A DNA stretch of 64,000 nt, taken from positions 238,886,001 to 238,950,000 of the forward strand of contig OZ024741.1 in assembly GCA_964016885.1 (NCBI GenBank), given 5' to 3'. Position numbers and translations under genes: made by a program. This document shows positions 38,650-51,494 of this stretch, piece after piece. The stretch's first letter is position 1; each line of letters opens with the position of its first letter. This DNA is from Eledone cirrhosa. Lineage: Eukaryota. The notes beneath the pieces were generated by a model. It saw nothing but the letters and a program-made list of their open reading frames with translations, had not been told where the DNA came from and made no database searches.

Positions 38650-38915
38650 TCATCATCACCGTTTTACGTCCGTTCTTCCACGCTAGCATGGGTTAGACGG
38701 GTTGTCCTGTTGTGTGCAGTGTCTGGTCGGCTGACCATGCCTTGCTCATACAGGAACTGATCTGGCTTGATTTCTACAGCTGGATGCCCTTCCTAACACC
38801 AACCTCATTTACAGTGAGTGCTGGGTGCTTTTTCGTGGCGCCTACACGTCCACTTTACAGTGTGGGCTGGGTGCTTTTTTGCCGTGGCACCTCCACGACC
38901 ACCTTGCGGTGGGGT
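38650..38915 (-). mobile_element. RTE 3'UTR / SINE tail fragment
   Basis: ctggatgcccttcctaacacc module plus (CAT)n; matches 32010..32290. Confidence 0.75.
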
Positions 38916-38938
38916 GTGTGTGATATTATTATTATTAC

Positions 38939-39083
38939 ATCAACAGTACATTATCTGATAACACGTGTTTCGCTGGGATCATCAGAGACTTGTTCAGCTC
39001 ATCAGTTTAACCGAACTGATGAGCTTGGGAAAGTCTTGGATTCTCCTAGTAAAACACGTGTTTTCACATACTGTATTGTTGAT
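38939..39083. ncRNA. Imperfect palindrome with two back-to-back hammerhead cores
   Basis: Minus: CUGAUGA-GCUG...CAGC-GAAA-CACGUG-UU. Plus: CUGAUGA-GCU...AGU-AAAA-CACGUG-UU. The 5' strand of stem I is missing at the centre. Confidence 0.6.
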
Positions 39084-39739
39084 CTAATGAAATATTTTAT
39101 GTAACACAGCTCATCCTCCGGATTGAATGCTCTACCTACTTTTATGAAATTCAACTCATATAAGGAGCAAGATTGGTTTCTTCAACCTGCCTAACAACTC
39201 GTCCAATCCATGCCAGCATTGAAATGATTATATATATATATCACTATCATTCCAATGGTGGCATGGATTGGATGAGTTTTCAGGTAGATTGGGGAGACCA
39301 ATCTTGCTCCTTATATTACATATTTGGCATGGTTTTACACACACACAAACATATATTAAATATAGTGCCCTGTCTTCATACTCCTTTTATTTATTATACT
39401 TGTCTAGGCCATAACAGAGGAGTTTTAGGCCAGCTGTCTGTGGGAACTCCTACATATGGTAGACCCAGTTCATATAGTAAGTAGTAAAGAAGACTGATTC
39501 CTGATGCCATTAGTGAAATGGTTGTATTCCATATGCAGAAAAGGACTAGACCCTTAATTTCATACTGTGTACATAATTAATTATGGGTATACAAGTGATG
39601 TAGACTAACAAAGAATATAGATTGTGTATGTGGCAGATGCACAAGAGTGGTTATCAGTTCACGTGAATTAAGCTCTATCAAATTCTTGAGCAGCTTCCTA
39701 GAAGTAGTTGACAGCTTCTGTTTCCTAGATGGCCTTCTT

Positions 39740-40250
39740 TGAAAGTACAGCAGCTCGAGTAAGAACCAAATGGAAAAGGTTAAAAAAACTATTACCTCTG
39801 CTGACAACAAGGTGTTTCTCTCTGTGAGTGAAAGGCTGACTGTATGATGACTGTACAAACTGTGATGCTGCATGCAAATCATATTTAAGCCATGAATGCT
39901 GAGGATTCACAAGGACTAGAAATAAATAAAGCAAGCCTGTTCCAGTGGATTTGTAATAATTGCATACAAGTTGAAGATGAAAGAAAAACTGTGTTAAGAG
40001 CGATCAGTTGCAGTATACAAGAAAGAGGTTTCTGCTGGTATGGGCATGTGATAGGTATTGAAGATGATAACTAATGCAGGGCACTCAGAGAGGATGGAAC
40101 TTGTGGAAGAAGACCTGGGGAAACATGAGATGAAATACTGAACTCTGACCATAAGAAGCTAAGCCTTACAATTAAGATGACAAAGGAACATGATTATTGA
40201 GGATGTGTAATGTTAGGGAAGACCCACTCTCACATGCAAACAAATGGAAA
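39740..40250 (+). mobile_element. Old RTE fragment (others at 40400..40700 minus and 53690..54200 minus)
   Basis: Degenerate ERGFCWYGHV and KVFSL..KG motifs. Confidence 0.7.
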
Positions 40251-42796
40251 CAATTGTTAAGTGTTAGTGTTGAAGCTGGGCAATATATCAACATTTGCGT
40301 CCCTCCTGCTCAATATGTCCATCTTAAGTTTCCATCTACTGCCACCCTCTCTCATATTTTTTTATTTCCTTCCTCACCTTTATCACTCTCACTCATCCTC
40401 ATCATCTTACATCTGCTTTTCCATGTTTGTATGCACTGGACAGGTCTTTTCTAGCAGAGTATCACTTCACTCATTGTGTTCTTTCCTCAAGTTCACTATG
40501 TGCACCAGTGATTCATTATAAACTTGCACCACCTCTACACAGGTCTTCCTTTACTGCAACTTCTTTCTAGTGGGATTTCTTCAGCCAGCAATCATAATCA
40601 ATATACATCATCTTCTCTCTTGCACTCAATATCTGATTCCTCTTATACCTAGTTTTCCTCCCAGCTCACTCTTTCTCATATTCACTATACCACATTGCCC
40701 ACATAACTAAAGACAGCATGTGATTTGTCAGACCAGCACACAACCCCACCTCACACAACCTTATTCACCCACTCCTTTGTCCAAAGCACATTAGCTGGAT
40801 GCCTTTAGACATGTATATATACAATCCCTGATGGCAATCTTATGAATCTACTTCCCTCCTGTACCACAACGTTTATGTGTGAGGGACAGAATCTGATGTG
40901 TTTATATCTCATACATACTATTAGAACCCTCTTTCTCTGCTGTCAGCCATCACTTCTTCTCTTCAAGAACACTTCCTAATGACACCCACCACCCAACACT
41001 TGCTCTCTCTCTCTAACCAATATGTAGCTATCATTACTCCCTCCTCAAATGCTATCTCTCCTCAGTATTCCCCATTTTACTGTACCTCCTCCCTCTTCCC
41101 ATCAATTATTGCCTCTCTTCTACTACTTCAATACCCCCACCCTTCCATCACACACACACACATAATAGTATATAACAGAAAAGTTGAGAATGATTGGAAG
41201 AGAGACAAGCAGGCCAACAAGCTGATTAAATAGGTCTGATTAGATTTTACATGAATGTTGTGAGTTTAATCAAATGGACTGGTCATAAACTTTATTACTG
41301 CCATAGAAGTATATTCCTTGACGAAGCACTTTACTCAGCTAGATACTATATTGTATTTGGTTGACTGCAATCTCAGATGATTGTTTAGCTGTAGAAATAG
41401 TCAGCTGTTAAAAAACAACAAACAAACATACTTCCTCCAAAAGTATGTTAAAAAATTATGCAAATATTTTGATATTCAAAATCAGAAACATCCTACCATG
41501 GTAGTATGATAAAAAAGGAGATATAAAATAACAGAAATATGCATAAATTGTATTTGAGATTATATCTGAAAATTTTTAATTTCAGGACTGATTTCCAATT
41601 AATTACTTTTTGTATGAACACCACCATATGTAATGTGGGGTGAAGATAAAATGATAAAGTGCTCTGTAGAGGTGATGTTCTTGTTCAAAATCAAAACACT
41701 GGATGTGATGGTGAATATGAAATAGCAACCATGTCAGTAAAGAGAGAAAGAAACAGAGGTACCAGGCAGTAAAAGAACTTTATGATTTGTTGTATCTTGT
41801 TTTGAGTTCAAATTTCACTGGGATTGGCTTTTCCACTCAATAAAATGTTGGTCTTGATACTTGGTGGAAAGCAATCGATATAATGTGCAAATAAATGTTA
41901 ACAGATTTCAGAAGAAATAATTGCTAGATTGACAGAAAATTAGGTTTATGTGTGTATAAGAATGTGCCTGTGAGAGAGATGGAGAAGAAAGACACATACT
42001 TATACACATGTAAAAATGCTTTACCAGTTTGTGTGGAAACAAGTGAATTAACTAAATCATAGATAGTAATTGAAGCAAGATAGTTCCATTGTCAAATAAT
42101 CCCGAGATTTAGATTCCAACAAGATAACATAGATGTTTACTATTCAAATTACAAAAGAAGTTAACAAATCAATTTATATGCAAATGAGCTTGATAACAAT
42201 TGCTTTAGTAGTCTTGGTGATTTTTTTTTCTCTCACTAACTTCGTTGCTTTAGCTTCTGTAGCTCATAAATGTCAATAAATTCCATATCAATTCACGGCT
42301 AATGGTTTAGCAGAGTTATTTCTTTGACTAGACGCAAGGTTAATTTTTCACAAGGAAGGGATACAGCTGATTGAGTGAGCTGTAACATATCTTATTAACC
42401 TTGGTGAGATGAACAATAAAGATGACAGTGAGATGATTTAAATTGAGAACATAGGGATGGCATTAAATGCTGTGAGGCACACAGCTCATTGCTTTACATG
42501 TTTTACCAGTTCACTGACTGAAAATATTACATAAAACTACAGCATAAGGAATAAACACCACATTGAAAAATAATAGAAAATTTAGCTTTTGGACAATTAC
42601 CATAGCAACTATATTTCCTGATAGTAAACTTGCATGTGATACAAGAATCCTGTGCTTGTATTCATGTAAACCATTCATATAAACCTCTTAACTACTATTA
42701 TAGTGTAAAAAAAACCCTTGTTGTTGCAGCTACTTTCTTTGAAATTAACTTCACGTTTCTCTTTCTTCTTCTCTATTATATAGCGAGACACACATA

Positions 42797-42821
<25 letters not shown>

Positions 42822-42829
<8 letters not shown>

Positions 42830-45800
42830 AGGGTTGCAATTAAATGCGTCCGTGGGCGGTATGCCGGTTGAGCACTCGATAATAAACCCCTGCTTTCTTC
42901 CTCCACATCACCACCTCAATCTTACTGTAGTATAAAACCCTTAAAAAATGTATGAAGCAGAATGCGTTCCCCATGACACAAACAAGAAACCCAAAAATAT
43001 TCTGCTACTCACTATGTCAGAGGTTCTGCACATGTAGCAACTGCATCTTCACACAAGTACCTGGCACTAGATGCACAAACACTACCAGCCAAGGCCAAAG
43101 CACACTTCCCACAATAACATCAACACCACCAAATAGTAAATTAAACACTAAAACATGCATAAGTAGGAATCCCAAAATCTGCCGATATTCCCAATGCAAG
43201 AGACTATGTCTGCCGTGTGACTATCCCTTCACTCATCTTTCAGGGACCCAAAGCACTAACAGAAACGGGGCTCCAAGCCAACACACAAACCACAGTAAAA
43301 ACACCCCCTCCTGTAGTAATGCTGGTCCAGTCTTTTCACAAAGACACAAAAACAACAACAACAAAAGAGTAAACTACAACCCTATCCAACAGTGCAACCA
43401 CAATTCCAGTCAAAAACTGCTCCCTAAACAGGAAAATTCTTTTTTAGCCATGTTGCACCTGGCAAAAGAGATACAAAACACCTTTTAGCCATCACTCAAC
43501 ACCATCCTATGCTATTACCCCAGTGAACCCCCCCCCCCCCCCCCCCCACATTGCTGTCACTAACTCAATCACAAAACAAGCCCCCTGCAACAGTCAAAAC
43601 CAGCTACTACACTAACCTCCACATTTCTATTCAATGCACAAGGTGTCAGCCCTTCCATCAATGCACAAAAATAGGTCCAATTCATTGAGGATTAGGTTGG
43701 TAACCATCCATACCTCTTTCTTCATTCTTACTGAGACCCACCTTGACAACTCCCACTCGGAAGCTAAAGTGAAAGTGAGGAATTTCACAACCATCTGCGT
43801 GGATCGTGTCGATAGAAGGAAGGGTGGAACTGCCATTTTCCTGCATGAATTCTTTACGGCAGATGGAAATATCACATTCTCCAGTGTTACTGTGAATCAG
43901 TCACTGTGCACAACAAAGCCAATGACCTAATAGTAGTTGGGCTCTATAGGCCACCCAAACACCCATTAATGCACTTTAAAGAATGCCTCAACAGCATTAA
44001 GTGTTTTATTCAACAGTGCCATTCTAGTAACATTCTAGATGGGAGACTTTAATCTACCCTGTGTTGATTGGTCTACAAACAGTTTGAAACCAGGCACGCC
44101 CACCTCAACTGCTGACAAAGAAGCAGTTGAGTCACTTTTCGACTTTATGAATGAGTTTTTCTTGTCCCAACTTGTCCTTTCACCAACAAGATATCAGAAG
44201 AACATTTTTGACCTAGTGTTTGACACTATACATAATATTACAATGGAAAAAACCTTTCTTTTAGACTATGACATGGTTCTTTGTAACCTGGGATTCCACC
44301 AGCCGAAAGCTAATCCTAGTGACCTCTCTCCAGCGCACCCATTTGATAACATGGATCTCTATAATGCCAACTGGGATGCAATCATGAACGAGCTATCACA
44401 TGTTGACTGGTCTTTTACACACGCACACATCTCCACCAACATCAAAACATCTTGGCAGATCTTGGTAGACACTGTCACAAACATATGTGCCAAACACACC
44501 CCACCATGACCTGTGAACAAAACTAAGTGCAGAATCCTACAAAACAGAAAAACTATTATCAGAAAAATAAAAAGAACGAACAAAAAAATTAACAAACTAA
44601 AATACTGCCAACAGCAACAGACACATTCGACGGCTATCACACTGCTTGAATAAAAAAAAAAATAACCTCCAACAATGCAGGAAGACCATCATCAATAACC
44701 AAAGAACAGCTGAGGAGAAATGGGCCATTGAGAAAATCAAACTCAACCCCAAAGTGTTCTTTTCATTTGCAAAAAAACACAAGGTCACTGCCTCCACTGT
44801 TGGCCCTCTAATTGATGAAAATGGCACTCTCCAAGATAATGCCAAAACCATGGGTGAGATACTGCAGAAACAATACTGCTCTGTTTTCAGCAATCCTGAT
44901 ATGGCCGATCTGGGGTGTATCGGACATAACGTTTGGCGCCCCTAATGTCTTATCGGTAATAAACGAAATTAAACGCAATTCAGCAGTAGGCCCTGATAGG
45001 TTCCTTGCTTGAGTCCTGAAGGTGTGTTAACACCAACTTGCATCTCCTCTTGCTAATCTGTGAAGGAACTCACTGGATACTGGCTATATTCCTGAAAACT
45101 TTCTGTCCCAGTTTTCAAAAAGGGAAACAAGTCCCTTGCAGTGAACTACCATCTGATCTCACTCACCTATCATATCATCAAGGTATTTGAGAGGGTAGTG
45201 AGATCACAAATAACCTACTTTCTTGAAAGCAACAACTGCTGAGCACCAACCATCATGGGTTCCGTTATGGAAGGGACTGCCTAACGTAGTTCCTGCATCA
45301 CTTTGATGATATTTTGAGAGCTTTGGGAGAGGGCTTCAAAACTGATGTCATCTACCTTGATTTCTGCAAAGCCTTTGACAGGGTTGATCACAAGATTCTA
45401 TTGAAAAAACCATCCAACATTGGTGTCTCTGGAAAGTTACTACAGTGGATCAAGTATTTCCTGACAGACAGAGACCAACATCTTGTAGTCAAAGGAGTAA
45501 AATCAAGCCCAGCCGAAGCCAGCAGTGGCATTCCGCAAAGCACTGTGTTGGGGCCACTTCTTTTCATCATCTACATTAATGACATTACTGACATCATCAA
45601 GCACAGCAGCATAAGAATCTTTGCAGATGATTCCAAGCCCCAGAAAGTCATCAATGAAGTGGGTGACTGGACATGCCTTCAGTCAGACCTACTGGCTGTT
45701 ATCCAATGGGTGGAAAAGAATAATATGCTGCTGAACGAGGATAAATTTAAGTTCATCCACTTTGGAAAAGAGGATGCCGTGAAACTCCTATACTCCCTTC

Positions 45801-45995
45801 AGGCGAAACTCTCATGGCATCAGAGACTTGGGAGTAATTGTGGACAACAACATAAGCTAGGCCACTCATATAAACAACAAAGTTGACATGGCCCGCAGAA
45901 TGTGTTTCAGGATTCTCAGAACCTTGCAGTCGAGAGATATACACACTATTATCCTTCTTTTCTCTACTTTTTCCCGACCCCCACCTTGAATACTG
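42822..45995 (+). mobile_element. CR1/L2-supergroup LINE, disrupted: Cys/His-rich ORF1 remnant, APE and RT
   Basis: ORF1-like 42952..43488 (KICRYSQC...C.C..TH). APE motifs LTETHL, YRPP, MGDFNLP. RT motifs DVIYLDFCKAFDRVDH, SGIPQSTVLGPLLF, IFADD. Confidence 0.9.
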
Positions 45996-46520
45996 TTGGT
46001 CAAGCACGAAAAAATGGAAGGCATGTCAGAGAACATAGGGGCACATTAGAAAACATAGAGATAAAAATTATATCCACACACACAGAAAAAATGCAATGCT
46101 CAGACAAATCACAGAGATGACAAAGATAAATGAACTCCAACCAAAATTAAAAGAAAACATGTGTGGAATAGCAACATCACAACTAGTAATTAAGGACAAA
46201 ATGAAGACATACAGACACACACAAAAACCAAACTAACAAAACAAATCAGACACACACAGATAGAACAAACACCCAACTAGTGACAAGTAAATAAACACAT
46301 AAATAAATAAATAAAAACACACGCACACACTTGAATGCACAAACTAAGCACATATCAAACAAAAACAAGATAGTGTAGGACAGAACAAAGGAGAGACACA
46401 AAATATAAACCTAGTCACTGAGGAGCTCACATAATGTGTGGCGCAATATGTGACAATACATAAACAACCTTCTGGTTATCGAATCAACCGGAAATTTATA
46501 ATAAATTGAAATAAAAACCA
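45995..46520 (+). mobile_element. Probable Penelope-like 3' fragment with a degenerate hammerhead at 46414..46454
   Basis: Weak GIY-YIG-tail-like translation (HVREH...IEIKII...INELQPKL), an AC-rich spacer, then GUCA-CUGAGGA-stem II-GCAA-UAUG-UGAC. Confidence 0.45.
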
Positions 46521-46745
46521 ACATGTGGGCATGTTTTTATTGGCAGCATGACCCCCCAAAAAGAATAACGAGATCTGTTTCAACACACATTTTCAGATAT
46601 GAAGTCTTGCAAAACAAATTAAAAAATGAAGTATATTTATATATACACATATATACATTCCTACTATATCAAGCATTAAACTAATATACATCTTCATTGT
46701 ACTGTATCATTTACCATATTGTTTTTCATTTACTTTTCATGTGTG

Positions 46746-46776
<31 letters not shown>

Positions 46777-46827
46777 GATAATAAATGTGAAGACTAAAAT
46801 CCGAAGAGTGCTCGATAAGGATTATAT

Positions 46828-47180
46828 ATATCATCATCATCATCATCATCATTTCATTTTACGTCCGCTTTTCGCTGCTTGCAAGGGTGGGATGGGAACT
46901 GATTCTGGCTTGATTTCTACAGCTGGATGCCCTTCCTAACACCAACCTCATTTACAGTGAGTGCTGGGTGCTTTTTTGCCGTGGCACCTACACGTCCACT
47001 TTGCAGTGGAATGATATGGATCCCAGTCCCTATCATCTTATTTCTACAGCTGAGTAAACTGGAGCAATGTGAAATAAAGTGTCTTGCTCAGGGAAACAAC
47101 ACATCACCCGGTCTGAGAATTGAACTCACAACCTTTCGATTGCAAGCCCAATGCTCTAACCACTAAGCCATGTGCCTCCA
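46828..47180 (-). mobile_element. tRNA-derived SINE family B, full length
   Basis: A box TGGCTTAGTGG, B box GAGTTCAATTC, RTE-like 3' tail with (GAT)n. Confidence 0.88.
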
Positions 47181-47189
47181 TATATAATT

Positions 47190-48600
47190 ACTAATTAGAG
47201 AAAGGGTCAAACTGAGATGCAGTTTGGTTTTGTGCCTGGGAAAAGTACAACAGATGCTCTCTTCTTAGTAAGACAACTACAAGAGAGGTTCTTAGAGAAG
47301 AATAAGTCACTATACTTAGCTTTTGTTGACCTAGAGAAGGCCTTTAATAAGGTACCCTGATCTGTCATCTGGTGGTCCCTAAGGAAACTAGGTGTAGAGG
47401 AATGGCTTGTAAGGACAGTGCAAGCTATATACAGAGGTGCTGTCAGTAAAGTGAGGGTGGGAATGGAATTTAAGTGAGGAATTCCAGATACAAGTAGGAG
47501 TACATCAGGGTTCGGTCCTCATCCCGCTCTTGTTCATTATAGTCCTCCAAGCCATAATAGAGGAGTTTAAGACTGGCTGCCCATGGGAACTTCTCTATGC
47601 TGGCGATCTGGTTCTTATAGCAGAATCAGTAGAGGAGCTAGAGAATAAATTCTGGCTATGGAAACAGCAGTTGGAAGCAAGAGGACTGAGAGTGAACCTA
47701 GTTAAGACAAAAGTGTTGATAAGTAGAAAAGAGAACAAAACTCTGATTTCATCAGGGAAATGGCCATGTTCGATATGCAGAAAAGGAACTGGCATAAACT
47801 CTATAAAATGTACACAATGCAGACCTTGGGTACACAATAGATGTAGTGGGATAGCAGGCAAACCAATAGGTAGGGAAAACTACGTATGCAGTAGATGTAC
47901 AGGGAAATTTGACAGTAGGAGTCGCAGTGATAGAAACATTTTTCAAATGCAGGTAGGTTCTATAGAAGTGGTTGATAGCTTCTGGTACCTAGGTGATCAG
48001 ATTAGCATGGGAGGGAGGTGCTCCGAAGCGATAGTATCTAGAATAAGGACAGGTTGGAAGAAGTTTAGGGAGCTGCTTCCTCTGTTGACAAAGAAGAGTT
48101 TCTCCCTGCGTACGAAAGGCCGGTTATATGATGCCTGTGTTTGATGCGCGAAGCTGCATGGTAGTGAGACATGGGCAGCAACTACAGAGGATATGCGACG
48201 GCTGGAGAGAAATGAAGCATGCATACTCTGTTGGATGTGTAATGTTAATATGCATGAATGACCGAGCATGGATGTGTTGAGAGAGAAACTGTGTATAAGA
48301 GGGAGAAGTTGTAGTGTGTGGGAGAGAAGACTGCGATTGTATGGACATGTGAGGCACACGGAGGATGACCGCTGGGTAAAGAAGTGCCAAGAAATCCCAG
48401 TAGAAGGAAGACGCAGTAGAGGAAGACCACGAAAAACATGGGCGGAGGTGGTGAGAGTGGACCACAGATTGCTGAAGCTCATGGAGGAGATGACGAAGGA
48501 CCGTTACAAATGGAGAGATGCTGTGCTGAATAGGACCCGACCCACCCTTGCAAGCAGGGAAAAGCGGATGTAAAATGATGATGATGATGATGATGATGAT
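47190..48600 (+). mobile_element. RTE LINE family B, 5'-truncated
   Basis: YLAFVDLEKAF, LLYAGDL, in-frame C4HC3 finger, GRPRKTW and a (GAT)n tail. Confidence 0.92.
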
Positions 48601-48676
48601 TATATATATAAACCTGTAGAGCAACGATTCTTTGCTTAAACTTTAATTTGTTAATATATATATAGAGAGAGAGAGA

Positions 48677-48761
48677 GAGAATAAGAAAAATGCAAAGTTC
48701 GGTGTAGATGTTAATAAAGGATTCTTTAACATCTATACCAAACTTTGCATTCTCCTTATTC
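48677..48761. repeat. Imperfect inverted repeat with ~37-bp arms
   Basis: agaataag...gtagatgttaa / ttaacatcta...cttattct. Confidence 0.75.
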
Positions 48762-49009
48762 TACATATACTCTGTCATCGACTGACAAATCATTTTTGGA
48801 AGAAAAATCATGGTGTTGAGTGCTTGAATTGAATTGCATCATTATTTACTGATTGTGCATTGCATACGCAACCCCGTTTAGTCAGCATGTTTACTGTAAG
48901 TATATATCTATGTATATATATATATTATGTATACATATATAAAGGGTAAGGATAAAAAAATACCCTGTATATATGAGGCAGAAGTCCGGGTAAGGTGTTT
49001 TTGTAGAAG

Positions 49010-49200
49010 ACCAACAGTCACCCATACCAGCCTCGCCTCTCCATACCACCAATGTTGCAACTCATTTCTATGGTTGAGTGAATTGGAGCAATGTGAAATA
49101 AATTGTCTTGCTCAAGAACACAACACAACATCCAGTCCAGAAAACGAATTCACAACTTCATGATAGTGAATCTGATGCTCCAACCACTAAGCCATGTGCC
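49010..49200 (-). mobile_element. SINE family B-related head, diverged
   Basis: ccactaagccatgtgcc and ggagcaatgtgaaataaa are shared with 47060..47180. Confidence 0.7.
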
Positions 49201-49297
49201 GTTATATATATACATAAGGTAAACAGAAATAACAACACAATCGGTACAGTATATGGAAGGAATATATTAGGTTAACGCTTGAAATAGCAGGCAGAGG

Positions 49298-49335
49298 GTC
49301 TTAAAGTTTCGGATGCTAGTCCTTCATCAGAAGAC
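49298..49335 (-). ncRNA. Minimal hammerhead-like motif (degenerate stem III)
   Basis: GUCUU-CUGAUGA-A-GGA cuagca UCC-GAAA-CUUU-AAGAC. Confidence 0.55.
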
Positions 49336-49354
49336 AGAATGAGAAATTAGAAAG

Positions 49355-49660
49355 TATGAAGGGACGAGTTGAGAAAGAAACTGGGTATAAGAGGGATAAG
49401 TTGTGGTGTGCAGGAGAGAAGGCTGAGATGGTATGGACATGTGATGCGCATGGAGGATGACTGCTGGGTAAAGAAGTGCCAAGAAATCCAAGTTGAAGGA
49501 AGACGCAGTAGAAGTAGACCACGAAAAACATGGCGGAGGTGGTAAGAGCAGACCTCAGATCGCTGAAACTCACCGAGGAGATGACGAAGGACCATGACAA
49601 GTGGAGAGATGCTGTGCAAGCAGGGAAAAGCGGACGTAAATTGATGATGATGATAATGAT
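49355..49660 (+). mobile_element. RTE family B 3' fragment
   Basis: Matches 48275..48600. Confidence 0.85.
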
Positions 49661-49686
49661 TATATATATATATATATATATATATA

Positions 49687-50278
49687 CTAGCAGTGGTACC
49701 CGGCGTTGCACGGGATAAGGTATTGTGAAATATATAACCGCCTTAGCTAAGCTTAGTATTGCCACAACCACGGCTGGCAAAGAAGTAAGGGTCTGGTGGT
49801 ACGTAAGTAAGCAACACTGTGGCTTAAAACGTGAGGAAGAAGTTGTATGCACTTACCAACTGTTTGGGGAATGAGTGTGAGATTTATCTTGAGCAAGGGT
49901 GGCAGAATAACCAGAGGCAGCAGACAGCCAGACATACAGATAGATATTATAAGGACGCGTTCTGGAGGCAGAGCGAATTGTAGGAAGTGACGTAATGCAG
50001 ACAGCCAGACATACAGACAGATATTATAAGGGGGCGACGTTATATGTATGTATCTATCTAAAAAGAGAAAGAGTAAGAATTATAGAGAGAGATCGCTAAA
50101 TCGCCTAATGCGGTCCCTAGGGCATTGAAAATTTGAAATTTCTTTTGCTCAGAACACTCCCAGAAACATAAGTATTACATGTGTAAAGTTTAAAAACAGT
50201 CGGTTGGGTGGTTCTCGAGTTTTAGGGATTCAAACTCACACACACACCAACAGACATCCTCAGGTTTATATATATAGA
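49687..50278 (-). mobile_element. Non-autonomous Helitron
   Basis: Minus strand A|TC start at 50278, 3' hairpin CCCGTGCAACGCCGGG 8 nt before CTAG|T at 49690..49687, no TSD. Confidence 0.8.
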
Positions 50279-50321
50279 TAACAAAGAAGGTGTGGTAAGA
50301 TACCAGGTGGACCATAACGCA

Positions 50322-50357
<36 letters not shown>

Positions 50358-50424
50358 ATAATAATAAAATTGAAGACTAAAATCCAAAGAGGGCTCGATA
50401 AGGAAAATATATATGAAATATATA

Positions 50425-51240
50425 AGAACCGTAGAGCAAATATTTATTAAAATAACAGAGTATGCAGGTTCGTACGTATGGTGGGTGCGTGTATATGTGT
50501 ACTTCTTGTTTTAGTTGACTTACGTCTCCGAACATTCGTGTATTTATTTGTAGTCATGTGTGTGCGCTTGTTATATACGTATTTATTTACTTATATACGT
50601 TTATATAATTATTTATTTATTTGTACACAAGCATACACACACACACATATTTATATGTGCGTGGTTTTGTATACCTATGGTAAGGTTTTGCGTATGCTTG
50701 TGTATGTACGTATCTGTTTGCGTGTATGTATTTATTTATTTCTATTACTTCTGTATTGTATTTATTTACTTTGTTCTTAACTCTGTAGCGGAGATTCATT
50801 TGGTCTCCTAGTTAGAATTTTAGTCTACAACTTCTGCTATACCATTTACGTGGTTTTGTCTTTGCGTGCTATTGTTCTCCACGCTCCACATATGACTTAT
50901 TATCTTCGTTTTTTCGTTCATTGCCAGAGAACGTCTCTATGCACCACCTAAGAGAACATTAGTCTACGACCTCTTTTATACCATTAACGTGGTTTTGTCT
51001 TTGCGCGTAATTGTTTTTCACCGCTCCTATTAATGATGTATTATTCGTTTTTTCCCGTTCTTTGCCAGCGAACGTTTCCACGAACCAAAGTATCGTCTTC
51101 CTGTCTTCCTCCGGTTGCAACGCTTTTTGAAATACCCAGTTCTGCGTTTACAGATTGACTTTGTTAGTTTCAGAAGATCCCGTTAAGGGTGAAAGCAGCG
51201 ATTCTTTGCTTAAACTTTAATCTGTTATTTTAATAAATAT
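50425..51240 (+). mobile_element. Penelope-like 3' terminal region with a short inverted end copy and a hammerhead variant
   Basis: Homologous to the reverse complement of 55270..55870. 50440..50459 is the reverse complement of 51221..51240. There is a ~139-bp internal tandem duplication. Confidence 0.7.
51166..51216 (+). ncRNA. Hammerhead variant (CAGAAGA core)
   Basis: Stem I AGUUU/AAACU, stem II CCC/GGG, GAAA, stem III AGCA/UGCU, CUU triplet. Confidence 0.55.
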
Positions 51241-51252
51241 ATATATATATAT

Positions 51253-51360
51253 ATAGGAACCAGTAAGACCCCGACAGCTGAGCTCAAGCCGTTTCGACTA
51301 ATTCAGAATTAGCCGTCGAAACGGCTTGAGCTCAGCTGTCGGGGTCTTACTGGTTCCTAT
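51253..51360. repeat. Perfect 46-bp inverted repeat containing the 3' half of a hammerhead
   Basis: ataggaacc...gtttcgac / gtcgaaac...ggttcctat. Confidence 0.9.
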
Positions 51361-51436
51361 TACCCACTCTACTACCCCAAGTATTGAGTACTTTGGTGCG
51401 TTATGGTCCACCTGGTTCCTTACCACATTTCCTTCG

Positions 51437-51494
<58 letters not shown>

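Noticed and set aside
42822-42880. Twister or HDV-like ribozyme at the LINE 5' end
   Set aside because: The required pseudoknot pairings could not be assigned by eye; kept only as a conserved leader.
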